A stretch of 64,000 nucleotides of DNA, taken from contig JADIYI010000008.1 of the NCBI GenBank assembly GCA_016705365.1, forward strand, positions 767,700 through 831,699, read 5' to 3'. Positions 10,109 to 19,303 of the stretch are shown one piece after another. The stretch's first letter is position 1; every line of letters starts with the position of its first letter. Both the position numbers and the translations under genes were made by a program. Under the pieces are notes generated by a model. The model did no database searches. It was not told the origin of the DNA and saw only the letters and a list, made by a program, of their open reading frames with translations. Source of the DNA: Gammaproteobacteria bacterium (GTDB taxonomy: Bacteria; Pseudomonadota; Gammaproteobacteria; Pseudomonadales; UBA5518).

Positions 10109-10687
10109 ATGGCCTACGCATTACCCATTCATCCGGCCGTGGATCACGGCATCCGGCGCGCGAGTGCGCGTTTTGGCGGTGGCACGTTGCGCTGCCACTG
10201 CACCGAGCGCCCGGTTGAAGTCGCGGTTGCCAGCCAGTGCGCGCACAACCACGTCTGCGGCTGTACCCAGTGCTGGAAACCGCCGGGGGCCTTGTTCTCG
10301 CAGGTGGCGGTGGTATCGCGTGCCAAGGTGACGGTCACCAGGCAGGCGCGCCAGCTCGGGGTCGTGGACCGCAAGGCGGTGATCAAGCGCTATGCCTGCA
10401 AGCGCTGCGGCGTGCATATGTACGGGCGGATCGACAACGAGACACACCCCTTCTTCGGGCTCGACTTCATACACACCGAGCTGTCGGCCGAAAAGGGCTG
10501 GTCACCGCCGCGTTTTGCGGCGTTCGTGTCTTCGATCATCGAGTCGGGGACCAACCCGGTCGAGATGAAGCGGGTGCGCTACCGCTTGCGCCGCCTGGGT
10601 CTCGAACCCTATGACTGCCTGTCGCCGGAGCTCATGGATGCGATCGCCACCCATGTGGCGCGCGCCAACGGCAAGCTGGTGGGCTGA
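10109..10687 (+). CDS. gfa: S-(hydroxymethyl)glutathione synthase (glutathione-dependent formaldehyde-activating enzyme)
   Basis: Near-collinear with Paracoccus Gfa as I recall it: [85 protein letters not shown]. Confidence 0.93.
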   Translation: MAYALPIHPAVDHGIRRASARFGGGTLRCHCTERPVEVAVASQCAHNHVCGCTQCWKPPGALFSQVAVVSRAKVTVTRQARQLGVVDRKAVIKRYACKRCGVHMYGRIDNETHPFFGLDFIHTELSAEKGWSPPRFAAFVSSIIESGTNPVEMKRVRYRLRRLGLEPYDCLSPELMDAIATHVARANGKLVG

Positions 10688-10718
10688 GGCGCGGGCCATC
10701 GCGCCCGTGGCGGGGTGT

Positions 10719-11408
10719 TCAGGTCCAGGCGAAGCGGGGCTGCTCGAAGTGACTGACGCGCGTGTCGCGACCCGCCAGTGCCACTTCGCGGAACTGGTAC
10801 AGCAGCGCCGCGGTCGGCGCGAAGATCTCGTGCCCCACGCTCGGCAGGTGCGCCGAGAGCACCGGATGCTCGCCGTGTGACGTGCGACGCAGGATAGGGA
10901 TGTCGGGGGATTCCAGCTCGGCGAGAGGTACCCGGTAGCAGGCGGCGACTTCCGCCGGGTCGGGCCTCAGACCCGAGGCGTCCTCCAGCCACAGCACGAA
11001 GGGACGGATGCGAAAGCCCGAGCGGGTCGGGAAGTCGTCGAGCCGGCCGAGGATCGCGCCGTGATCGACGCGGATACCGAGTTCTTCGGCAAGCTCGCGC
11101 AGCGCGGCGTCTTCGTCAAGTTCACCGGCGTCCACACGACCGCCCGGCAGGGCAAACTGTCCGGCGTGGCGGTTGAGCGTTGTCGGGCGTTCGGTCAGCA
11201 GTACGCAGGCTTCGGCGGAATCGTCGGCGGATACCAGCGCGAGCACGACCGCTGCGTGGCGCAACTGGTGCGGATCGAGCTCGCGAGGATGGAAGCGGCA
11301 CAACTTGGCATGGATGCTCCGACGCAGCGCCTGGTCGAAGCGACGCGCCGGATTCACGCGCTCGTCGCGATCGCCAACGACGGCGCGGGGCGGTTTCTTT
11401 CCAGGCAT
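10719..11408 (-). CDS. NUDIX hydrolase, CoA-pyrophosphatase-like
   Basis: A perfect Nudix box GGRVDAGELDEDAALRELAEELGI (Gx5Ex7REUxEExGU). The annotated ATG lies 55 nt inside the 3' end of bfd, so the true start may be further downstream. Confidence 0.8.
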   Translation of the reverse strand: MPGKKPPRAVVGDRDERVNPARRFDQALRRSIHAKLCRFHPRELDPHQLRHAAVVLALVSADDSAEACVLLTERPTTLNRHAGQFALPGGRVDAGELDEDAALRELAEELGIRVDHGAILGRLDDFPTRSGFRIRPFVLWLEDASGLRPDPAEVAACYRVPLAELESPDIPILRRTSHGEHPVLSAHLPSVGHEIFAPTAALLYQFREVALAGRDTRVSHFEQPRFAWT

Positions 11409-11548
11409 TCGATGGCTGCGTCACGGCATTTGCCACAGCAGGTCGAAACGAGCAGGGTTTCTTCGAGCTGGGCCATGGTGCGCACGCCGTGCTTCACCGC
11501 ATCGGCGATATCGCTTTCGGTAACTGCATTGCAAATACACACATACAT
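11354..11548 (-). CDS. bfd: Bacterioferritin-associated ferredoxin, (2Fe-2S)-binding
   Basis: MYVCICNAVTE...CCGKC, the four-Cys BFD-like [2Fe-2S] pattern. It is 64 aa from the ATG at 11548, which is preceded by AAGGTGA. The ORF-track start at 11557 is a GTG. Confidence 0.9.
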   Translation of the reverse strand: MYVCICNAVTESDIADAVKHGVRTMAQLEETLLVSTCCGKCRDAAIECLERNRPAPSLAIATSA

Positions 11549-11684
11549 CCGGATCACCTTCCAGTCAGGGTTGCCGGAAGCAGACTATCGCAAATGCGAG
11601 TGATTCGCAATCGCGATCTGTCACGCCTTGCCCGCGATCCGACGGAATCAGCGCGAGGGCCAGTCCCAAGCCGGACCGCCTGCC

Positions 11685-12149
11685 TCACATCTTCGACTGA
11701 AGGTAGTTCTCGAGTCCCACCCGCCCGATCAACTCGAGTTGGGTCTCCAGCCAGTCGACATGCTCTTCCTCGGACCCAAGGATGTGCTCGAACAACTCGC
11801 GCGAAACGTAATCCTGCACCGACTCGCAGTGTGCGATCGCCTCGCGCAGAACCGGTATCGCCTCGAGTTCCAGTGCCAGGTCACACTCGATCATCTCGCG
11901 GGTGTTCTCGCCGATCCGCAAGCTGCCGATATCCTGCATATTGGGCAGCCCTTCGAGGAAGAGGATGCGCTCGATCAACTGATCGGCGTGCTTCATCTCG
12001 TCGAGCGACTCGTGGTACTCGTGTTCGTCGAGCTTGGTCAGACCCCAGTTCTTGTACATTCGCGCATGCAGGAAATACTGGTTGATCGCGCTCAGTTCCT
12101 GGCGCAATACCCTGTTCAGAAACTGGATGACCTGTTTGTCGCCTTTCAT
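11685..12149 (-). CDS. bfr: Bacterioferritin
   Basis: 154 aa. [30 protein letters not shown] and the ferroxidase Glu/His ligand spacing (E..EH, EEEH) are typical of Bfr. Confidence 0.95.
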   Translation of the reverse strand: MKGDKQVIQFLNRVLRQELSAINQYFLHARMYKNWGLTKLDEHEYHESLDEMKHADQLIERILFLEGLPNMQDIGSLRIGENTREMIECDLALELEAIPVLREAIAHCESVQDYVSRELFEHILGSEEEHVDWLETQLELIGRVGLENYLQSKM

Positions 12150-12288
12150 GCTCGCTCTCCGCTGCTTCGATTACGGCTCGCATGCTAGACGGCGCGCCGT
12201 TGCGTCGCAACCGCTTTACCCGGTTTGCGTTGCGCGGGTGCGCAAACGGTGCTTGCATAGCACCTCGTTTTCCTGGAGCCCGTCGCTC

Positions 12289-14016
12289 ATGCGCCATTTT
12301 GCCGGTTTGCTGTTTAGCGTCCTGGTGTCGTTTGCGGCCGTGGCCGGCGAGACGCCGGTCGCGGGGCGTTTCAGTCTCGAGGATGTCTATGCGCCGGTCG
12401 TTGCGACCCGCGGCATGGTGGTCACCGAGGAGGAGCTTGCCACCGATGTCGGGGTCGCGATCCTGCGCCGCGGAGGCAATGCGGTGGATGCGGCGGTGGC
12501 GGTCGGGCTGGCGCTTGCGGTGGTGCTTCCCGAGGCCGGCAATATCGGCGGCGGGGGCTTCATGCTGGTGCATCTGGCTGCCGGCGGGCGCACGGTAGCG
12601 ATCGATTACCGGGAGGTCGCTCCGCTCGGTGCGCAACGCGATATGTACCTCGCCGCGGACGGCAGCGTGGATCATGCGGAACTCGACCATGGCGCCAAAA
12701 GCATCGGGGTGCCCGGCACGCTGGCCGGTCTGGATCACGTATTGCGCGCATACGGGACGCTCGACTGGAAGGAACTCATCGAGCCGGCCATTGAGCTGGC
12801 GCATGATGGCTACGTACTGAACGCGACCCAGGCCGCCTCGCTGGCGATGGGCCGTGAACGCCTGCTGCGCAACGAGGAAGCGCGAAGGGTATTCATGGGC
12901 CCGGACGGGCAGAGCCCCGCCATGGGTTCGCGGCGCCGGTCTCCCGACCTGGCCAGAACCCTGAAGGCGCTGCGCCGTGATGGCGTGGCTGCGTTCTACC
13001 AGGGAGCGCTGGGTGAGCGCGTGGTCGCGGACGTGCAGCGCCTCGGCGGGGTGCTCGCCAGCGAGGACCTGCGTGCCTACCGCGTCGTGGAGCGCGAGCC
13101 GGTAACGGGCGAATATCGCGGCTATCACATCGTCTCGATGCCGCCACCGTCCTCGGGCGGCGTACACCTGGTGCAGATGCTGAATATCCTCGAGGGTTAC
13201 CCGCTCGGCGCGATGGGCCTCGACAGCGCCGCCAGCGTGCACCTGATGTGCGAGGCCATGCGCCGCGCCTATGCCGACCGCAGCCGGTACCTCGGGGATC
13301 CGGATTTCGTCCGGGTGCCGGTTGCCGAGCTGACCAGCAAGGCCTATGCGGCGAGCCTGCGTGCCGGGATCGATCCGCTGCGGGCCACGCCGTCGGAGGA
13401 GGTGAAGCCGGGCGAGCTCGCGCCTTACGAAAGCCCCCAGACCACACACTTCTCGGTGATGGATCGCTGGGGCAATGCGGTCGCGAATACCTATACGCTG
13501 AACTGGAGCTTCGGCAGCGGCATCGTGGCGCGCGGGACCGGCATTCTCCTCAATAACGAGATGGACGATTTTTCCGCCAAGCCCGGCGAACCGAATATCT
13601 ACGGGCTGATCGGTGGTGAAGCCAATGCGGTAGCGCCGCGCAAGCGACCGCTGTCGTCGATGACGCCGACCATGGTCATGAAGGACGGACAGGTGTTCGT
13701 GGTGACCGGCTCACCCGGTGGCAGCCAGATCATCACCACGGTGCTGCAGACGCTGGTCAACGTGATCGACCACGGCAGCAATATCCAGGGTGCAACCAAC
13801 GCGCCGCGCTTCCATCACCAGTGGTGGCCCGACGAGCTGCTGGTCGAGAAGATCTTCAGCCCGGACACGATCGCGGTACTGCGTCGGCGCGGGCACCATG
13901 TGCGGAGCACCTCGCCCATTGGCACCACCCAGTCGATCCTGTATTGGGATGGCCTTTACCAGGGTGCAGCCGATCCGCGGCGCGGTGGTGGCAAGGCGGG
14001 CGGCCTGCAGCAATAG
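12289..14016 (+). CDS. ggt: Gamma-glutamyltransferase
   Basis: Signal peptide MRHFAGLLFSVLVSFAAVAG. GGT blocks seen: GGNAVDAAVA, GNIGGGGFM, the autoprocessing/catalytic Thr context ETTHFS-like QTTHFSV, PLSSMTPT and GSPGGSQII. The start was trimmed from ORF-track 12034 to the ATG at 12289. Confidence 0.93.
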   Translation: MRHFAGLLFSVLVSFAAVAGETPVAGRFSLEDVYAPVVATRGMVVTEEELATDVGVAILRRGGNAVDAAVAVGLALAVVLPEAGNIGGGGFMLVHLAAGGRTVAIDYREVAPLGAQRDMYLAADGSVDHAELDHGAKSIGVPGTLAGLDHVLRAYGTLDWKELIEPAIELAHDGYVLNATQAASLAMGRERLLRNEEARRVFMGPDGQSPAMGSRRRSPDLARTLKALRRDGVAAFYQGALGERVVADVQRLGGVLASEDLRAYRVVEREPVTGEYRGYHIVSMPPPSSGGVHLVQMLNILEGYPLGAMGLDSAASVHLMCEAMRRAYADRSRYLGDPDFVRVPVAELTSKAYAASLRAGIDPLRATPSEEVKPGELAPYESPQTTHFSVMDRWGNAVANTYTLNWSFGSGIVARGTGILLNNEMDDFSAKPGEPNIYGLIGGEANAVAPRKRPLSSMTPTMVMKDGQVFVVTGSPGGSQIITTVLQTLVNVIDHGSNIQGATNAPRFHHQWWPDELLVEKIFSPDTIAVLRRRGHHVRSTSPIGTTQSILYWDGLYQGAADPRRGGGKAGGLQQ

Positions 14017-14019
14017 TAG

Positions 14020-14427
14020 CTACAGGCGGTCGCGCAAACCGCTCAGGTCATAGCCGGCGCGAGCGGCCGCACCGATGATGTCATCCGCAGCGAGTTCGCC
14101 GGCGCTGGCAAAGGCCCACAAGGTCGTGCAGCGCGTCCCGCTGCGGCAAAAAGCCAGCACCGGTTGCGCCGCGCTGGCCAGCAGTTGCCGAAACGCGATC
14201 ACGTCGTGCTCGGTCATCGCTCCCGAAATCACCGGCTGATGATGGTAGGCCAAGCCGTGCTGCTTCGCTATTGCAGCGAGCTCGGCGGCGCTCGGCTGCC
14301 CCTGCGACTCGCCATCGGGACGGTTGTTTATCACGGTCCTGAAGCCCAGTCGCGCGACCTCGGCCAGATCGTTGCCGGTCAATTGCGGCGCGACGCTCAG
14401 GGCGTCGCTGAGTTTGCGTGTATCCAC
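14020..14427 (-). CDS. TIGR01244/DUF442-type sulfur-transferase (phosphatase-like) domain protein
   Basis: 135 aa. Blocks seen: SVAPQL...GF..VINNRPDGE, a CRSGTR P-loop-like motif and a C-terminal TTLWA block. Confidence 0.75.
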   Translation of the reverse strand: MDTRKLSDALSVAPQLTGNDLAEVARLGFRTVINNRPDGESQGQPSAAELAAIAKQHGLAYHHQPVISGAMTEHDVIAFRQLLASAAQPVLAFCRSGTRCTTLWAFASAGELAADDIIGAAARAGYDLSGLRDRL

Positions 14428-14491
14428 GGGATTGTCCTCGGAAAGCGGCGGCAGGATTGAGCGATGCGCGCTCGCGGAGCGGATAGCGGGC

Positions 14492-15124
14492 CTACGCAGG
14501 GCCGCGTCGACGGCCGATCAGGCCCAGCGCACCGAGCCCCGCGAGCAGCAAGCTCAGGGTCCCGGGAACGGGAACCGCCGTCGGTGGCCTCGATTGGCCC
14601 TCGAGCGCGAAGCCGACGTAGTATTGATTGCCCGCCAGCTCGCCGTTGGGGCGAAAGTAGCTATCGTCGCCGGCGCGCTTGTCGCTGCCCCAGCTCATGA
14701 AATTGCCGTTGATGCCGGTCAGGCTGATCCAGTACGAGCCTGCATCGAGGGTCCATTCGGGCAGATCCACTATCGCGTAATGGGTCGACTCCGAGCCCAG
14801 CTGAAGGTAATCGCTCCCGGAAAAATTGCGGCTGAACAGCCGCTTGCCCTGCGGGGCGTCCCAGATCGAGACGTTGAGATCGTTGCTGCCGCTCACGGTG
14901 TGGTCGAGCACTGCGAATGTGCCGCCCTGCAGCATCGAGGACTGCGCCAAGGTGAACGAGGCAAACATGCGGAAATTCAGGGTATCGGTATTGCAGGGCG
15001 AGCACCAGCCGCCGTCCCACGAGTCGAGCGGCTGCTCGTAGAGCGGCGCGGCGCTCGCAGTGCCCGCGAACAGGCAGCAAGCCAAAGACAATCGAAGCAA
15101 TGGTGCAATTTTTCCTGCAGGCAT
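14492..15124 (-). CDS. PEP-CTERM sorting-domain secreted protein
   Basis: N-terminal signal peptide. The C-terminus VPVPGTLSLLLAGLGALGLIGRRRG reads as a PEP-like motif, a TM helix and a basic cluster. Confidence 0.85.
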   Translation of the reverse strand: MPAGKIAPLLRLSLACCLFAGTASAAPLYEQPLDSWDGGWCSPCNTDTLNFRMFASFTLAQSSMLQGGTFAVLDHTVSGSNDLNVSIWDAPQGKRLFSRNFSGSDYLQLGSESTHYAIVDLPEWTLDAGSYWISLTGINGNFMSWGSDKRAGDDSYFRPNGELAGNQYYVGFALEGQSRPPTAVPVPGTLSLLLAGLGALGLIGRRRGPA

Positions 15125-15347
15125 TGGCTGCCTCCTGCTTGGGTTGCGGGTGAACGTTGGCGTCCCATCCGAGAGTATGGACTACAGATCGCGCCACGTC
15201 ATCGTTGGCGTGAATGGCCCGCGCCCGGGTTGCGTTTGAAGCGAGCGCGGGCGGGCGGTGAATCGACGCTGCGCGTGGCAAGCCGGTGCGATGATTTGAC
15301 CTGCGCCGACCCAGCGCATAGATTGGATTCCTCGACGGTGAGGGACG

Positions 15348-16667
15348 ATGCAAACCATTTCCGACCCGCAGCAATGGCAGCAGTGGCTCGCGCAAGCCGG
15401 ACATTTACTGCAGACAACCGTGCTGGTGCAATCGACGCTGATCCAGCTCGGCGCCGTGCTGCTCGCCGGAGCGTTTGCCGGGCTGGCGGCGAATCACCTG
15501 CGCGGCCTGCTGGGTGCGCTGGGCGATCGTGCCCGCGATTCGGCCGGGATGCGCAAGGTCATCGCTCGCGCCCAGGCGCTGGCACTGGCCGGCACCTGGC
15601 TGATCATCCAGTGGCTGATCCTCCTCGGCGCCCGTGCGCTGGAATGGCCGAGCGGTTTGCTCACGGTCACCGTCAACCTGCTCGCGGCCTGGGTGATCAT
15701 CCGCCTGTTGTCGGGTTTCGTGCGCGATCCGATCTTTGCCAAGTTCATATCGATCGCGATCTGGGTGATCGCTGCACTCAATATACTCGGCTGGCTCGAG
15801 CGGGCAATCGCGCTGCTCGACGGTTTTGCGATGAGCTTCGGCGATCTTCGCATCTCCCTTCTGGTCGTGATCAAGGCGGTGCTGTCGCTCGCGGTATTGC
15901 TGTGGGTTGCCACGGTGGTATCGGAAATGTTCGAGCGCCGCATCAAGGGCTCGAAGGATCTCACCCCATCGGTGCAGGTGCTGTTTTCGAAGCTGTTCCA
16001 GATCGTACTGATCGCCATTGCGTTCATCGCGGCCCTGAGCACGGTGGGTATCGACCTCTCGGCCTTCGCGGTACTCGGCGGTGCGATCGGTGTCGGTATC
16101 GGTTTCGGCCTGCAGAAAATCGTCTCGAACCTGATCAGCGGCATCATCCTGCTGCTCGACAAGTCGATCAAGCCCGGTGATGTGATCACCGTCGGCGTCT
16201 ATTATGGCGTGGTCAATTCGCTTGGTGCGCGCTATGTCTCGGTGATCACGCGCGACGGCATCGAGCACCTGATCCCGAACGAGGAACTGATCACCAACCG
16301 GGTCGAGAACTGGTCATACAGCGACAGCAATATCCGGTTGAAGGTGCAGATCGGGGTGCACTACAAAGCCGATATCCACCGTGCTCTCGCGTTGTGTGTG
16401 GAGGCTGCCGGCGAGGTGCCGCGGGTACTGAAGGAACCGGCCCCGGCAGGATTGCTGCGCGGCTTTGGCGACAGCTCGGTCGATCTCGAGCTGCGTTTCT
16501 GGGTCAACGATCCTCAGAATGGCCGTGCCAGCGTATGCAGCGATGTGCTGCTGCGTATCTGGGACAAGTTTCACGAGCATGGGATAGAGATTCCCTACCC
16601 GCAGCGTGATCTTCACCTGCGCACGCCGTCCGATATCGAGGGTCTGTTGCGCAGTTCGCGCGGATAG
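15348..16667 (+). CDS. Mechanosensitive ion channel (MscS family)
   Basis: Multi-TM N-terminus followed by the MscS core GGAIGVGIGFGLQKIVSNLISGIILLLDKSIKPGD.I and a beta-domain. Confidence 0.9.
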   Translation: MQTISDPQQWQQWLAQAGHLLQTTVLVQSTLIQLGAVLLAGAFAGLAANHLRGLLGALGDRARDSAGMRKVIARAQALALAGTWLIIQWLILLGARALEWPSGLLTVTVNLLAAWVIIRLLSGFVRDPIFAKFISIAIWVIAALNILGWLERAIALLDGFAMSFGDLRISLLVVIKAVLSLAVLLWVATVVSEMFERRIKGSKDLTPSVQVLFSKLFQIVLIAIAFIAALSTVGIDLSAFAVLGGAIGVGIGFGLQKIVSNLISGIILLLDKSIKPGDVITVGVYYGVVNSLGARYVSVITRDGIEHLIPNEELITNRVENWSYSDSNIRLKVQIGVHYKADIHRALALCVEAAGEVPRVLKEPAPAGLLRGFGDSSVDLELRFWVNDPQNGRASVCSDVLLRIWDKFHEHGIEIPYPQRDLHLRTPSDIEGLLRSSRG

Positions 16668-16699
16668 ATAGATAGCGGCATTCGCACGCGAGCGGAGGG

Positions 16700-18325
16700 C
16701 TACCAGTAAACCCATTGTGCAGTCAGCAGCACGTAGGCGGTCACCAGGGCGTTGGTAACCATGTGCGCCAGCACCGCGTCGAGTACCCGGCCATGCCGAT
16801 AGCGCGCCCATGCGTACAGGAGTCCTGCCAGCGTCCCCGCCATCCAGGCGCCGTGGAGCAGGCCGAAGGCCAGCGAGGAACCCGCTATCGCGAACCAGTT
16901 CAGCGGCAGCCTGTCGCTCATTGCCGCTTCGCGTCCGCAAAGCTTGCTCAACATGTACCCGCGAAACGCCAGTTCCTCGGCCAGTGGCACGGTGATGATC
17001 GAGCCGATGCTGCGCATCAGCAGCCAGCCAATGGTGATGGCGGGTATCGACTGCGCCAGCGCGAGCGAAAATGCCGCATCCGCATCCGCATTCTTTGGCA
17101 CGGTCAGCAACCACAACCCGAACACCACGATGCCCGCCAGTACCGGCTCCCATGCGGGCCGGTAGCTACGCAGTTCGAGCGCGCGCCAGAAACAGAGCAG
17201 GACCGCGCCGGTCGCCAATACCCGCAGTGGGTAAAGCCAATCAAAGCCGGCTGAAAAGGCGCCGCTGACAAGTGTCACCGCCAGCAGCACGACGATCGGC
17301 AGCAGCATTGCGGTGGACAGCGGTTCGTGCCTGCGGGCCACCTGCGCGACGGGTGGTTTGTTGCGCACGAAAAATTGTGCGTTGTGAATGAGCGCGATCA
17401 ATCCCAGGGCGATCGCGATGAATGCGATCCAGCCCGCCTGGGAATGAAATCCACCCAGCGCGATTTCCGGTGACCAACTGTCCCCGATGGCGATGAGCAC
17501 CGTGATTCGCAGGGCATTGAACAACCAGATCGCAACGATGCCTATCGGATAGAGCAGCAAGGCCCTGGGAAAGCGCAACTCCGCGCGAAACAGGCTCAGG
17601 TACAGGGTCAGGAAGCCGATGATCAATCCGATACCCTCGTAGCCCGAGCAGTCAGGCGCGATATTCACGCGAAATTCGCTGGTGCCGAGGATCTTGTCGT
17701 TGAGCTCGGCGTAGATCATTTCGTCCGGGTACATCAGGGCGAGCAATCGTGCCGAGACGTGGAAAGTCAGTTCGGCGAGCGAACCCCACAAGCCCTGGCT
17801 GAGGCGCGCGACGACAGTCACCGCAGCGGCGACCAGCGCCGACAACAGCATTGCCTGTCGCAGCCGGCCCAGGAAAGAAAACCAGAAGCGGTAATGCGCC
17901 AGGCACGCAATGAACAGCAGCAGCGTTGCGGCGGCGAGAAAAACCCAGGCAATCAGCGTGGCCGAGGAAACCGCGCATGCCTCCAGGCTGGCAAAAAACA
18001 CGTCGGAGCAGACGTAGAAAAGAGCAAACACCGACAGTTGGGCGAACAGGTACCGCTGCCAGTGGTGGCGTAGCGCCGCCCCGCACAGTTCCTGCCACAA
18101 ACCGCGCAGGTTGGGCAGCATTGCCACCATCAGACCGGCGGCAAACAACAGGCCGAAATGCGTGGCCTGCACCGCATAGAACAGATACGGTTTGCACGCC
18201 TCGCTGACCCTGAGGTTGTGCGCATCGATGGCGGCGAACTCGGCAAACGCCAGCAGCACCAGCAAGACGATGCGCCAGCCGGCGCGCGTGTTGTCCGCAG
18301 ACTCTTCAGGGGGAGCCGTGCTCAT
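16700..18325 (-). CDS. xrtE: Exosortase E / CPBP (CAAX-type) intramembrane protease fusion, VPEID-CTERM system
   Basis: The N-terminal two-thirds carry the exosortase catalytic signature: APDCSGYEG (Cys226), NALRI (Arg273) and GGFHSQAG (His294). The C-terminal third carries CPBP motifs: EELAFRGY (EExxxR), FGLLHG and HMVTN. It is divergent from a VPEID-CTERM cargo gene. Confidence 0.88.
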   Translation of the reverse strand: MSTAPPEESADNTRAGWRIVLLVLLAFAEFAAIDAHNLRVSEACKPYLFYAVQATHFGLLFAAGLMVAMLPNLRGLWQELCGAALRHHWQRYLFAQLSVFALFYVCSDVFFASLEACAVSSATLIAWVFLAAATLLLFIACLAHYRFWFSFLGRLRQAMLLSALVAAAVTVVARLSQGLWGSLAELTFHVSARLLALMYPDEMIYAELNDKILGTSEFRVNIAPDCSGYEGIGLIIGFLTLYLSLFRAELRFPRALLLYPIGIVAIWLFNALRITVLIAIGDSWSPEIALGGFHSQAGWIAFIAIALGLIALIHNAQFFVRNKPPVAQVARRHEPLSTAMLLPIVVLLAVTLVSGAFSAGFDWLYPLRVLATGAVLLCFWRALELRSYRPAWEPVLAGIVVFGLWLLTVPKNADADAAFSLALAQSIPAITIGWLLMRSIGSIITVPLAEELAFRGYMLSKLCGREAAMSDRLPLNWFAIAGSSLAFGLLHGAWMAGTLAGLLYAWARYRHGRVLDAVLAHMVTNALVTAYVLLTAQWVYW

Positions 18326-18620
18326 GATCGTGTCCGAAGCTGATTCGCGGGATAGCTGCGCGAGTATAGTTCAAAGCACGAGATCGGAAATCGCGTAGTC
18401 GTGGCGCCGCCTTTTGCGCGTGCCGGAATCCAAATGTTCTGGCTTCAGTGGCAGATATTGCCGCGTTGGCTGTTGTTTCCGGTGTTCTGCGCCTCGCGCA
18501 TTACGGATCGCTCGCGCCGGCGACCGATCCCGTGCAGCGCAGCACCATGAAACGGGATCCTGTCACGCAGTCCAATGGCGCAATACCGTCGAATATCTTT
18601 ACGCGAAATTTCGGTAGGGG

Positions 18621-18664
18621 TTAATATAATTCAATAACTACATGATAAATATAGAATAAAAATT
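18621..18664 (+). promoter_or_regulatory. AT-rich block with sigma70-like elements upstream of the VPEID-CTERM gene
   Basis: By hand count there are only 5 G/C in 44 nt, within a GC-rich genome. It contains TATAAT (18625-18630) and TTCAAT-N16-TAGAAT (18630-18657). This is a positional inference only. Confidence 0.3.
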
Positions 18665-18728
18665 TCAGGCATACCCTTTGCTTGAGTGATGGCGAACCTT
18701 CAAGCGTCGAGTTTGCGGTTCTTCAGGA

Positions 18729-18766
18729 CCAAGTCCGATTGTACCTCGGTGTACCAACGGACTTGG
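18729..18766 (+). other. Perfect 9-bp stem hairpin in the putative 5' leader of the VPEID-CTERM gene
   Basis: CCAAGTCCG (18729-18737) pairs perfectly with CGGACTTGG (18758-18766) across a 20-nt loop. A G5T5 run follows at about 18776-18786, then the AGGAAGGAG RBS. Confidence 0.35.
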
Positions 18767-18815
18767 GCTCAGATGCGGGGGTTTTTCAAAAGTTCACTGT
18801 AGGAAGGAGTTGGAA

Positions 18816-19136
18816 ATGAAAACAAGGCTTTTGGTATCGGCAGCAGTGTGCGCCCTGGCGTTGGGCAGTGTGAACACATATGCCGGCAACTTTGGTCATG
18901 GCTACGGCAACAATGGAGGCAAAGACAACTTCAGCAAATTCGAGAAATTCAAAGGCTTTGACCAGGGCAAGAAATTCGACAAGTTCAAAGACTGGGACAA
19001 GCGCGACAAAGACTGGGGCAAAGGCAAGGGGAATTGCGGAAGCGTACCCGAGATCGATGCCGCGAGCGGAACGCTGGGCCTTGGCCTCACCGCGGGCCTT
19101 ATTGCCCTGCTGAGGGGGCGTCGTCGCACCAGCTGA
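18816..19136 (+). CDS. VPEID-CTERM sorting-domain protein (small Lys/Phe/Asp/Gly-rich cargo)
   Basis: The ATG at 18816 is preceded by AGGAAGGAG; the ORF-track start at 18810 is a TTG. Signal peptide MKTRLLVSAAVCALALGSVNTYA. The C-terminus SVPEIDAASGTLGLGLTAGLIALLRGRRR reads as VPEID, a TM helix and an Arg cluster. Confidence 0.88.
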   Translation: MKTRLLVSAAVCALALGSVNTYAGNFGHGYGNNGGKDNFSKFEKFKGFDQGKKFDKFKDWDKRDKDWGKGKGNCGSVPEIDAASGTLGLGLTAGLIALLRGRRRTS

Positions 19137-19184
19137 TTCCTGGCGCTCGGGAAGTTGGTCTTGCGACCAGTCGATTCCGGATTG

Positions 19185-19212
19185 AAACCCGCCCACTGGG
19201 CGGGTTTTTTTC
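19185..19212 (+). terminator. Rho-independent terminator after the VPEID-CTERM gene
   Basis: CCCGCCC-ACT-GGGCGGG stem-loop (19188-19204) followed by T7. Confidence 0.8.
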
Positions 19213-19303
19213 GCCTGCGACAGGCTGTTACTGGTTCCCCGGGCGCTAGATTCACAACGGTGGGCACCTATACTGCCAATCGTGTGGTGAACGGATGTGA
19301 ATC

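Noticed and set aside
12224-12248. 7-bp inverted repeat GTTTGCG-N11-CGCAAAC between bfr and ggt
   Set aside because: It is short and GC-rich, so it is expected by chance in this composition. There is no supporting context.
18414-18617. 67-aa Cys/Arg-rich ORF in the xrtE/cargo intergenic region
   Set aside because: It has a non-ATG start, no RBS and low-complexity Arg/Cys content. The region is more plausibly regulatory.
18660-18800. Possible riboswitch (for example c-di-GMP) in the leader of the VPEID-CTERM gene
   Set aside because: I could not recognise conserved cores of GEMM or other riboswitch classes. I kept it only as an unclassified hairpin/leader candidate.
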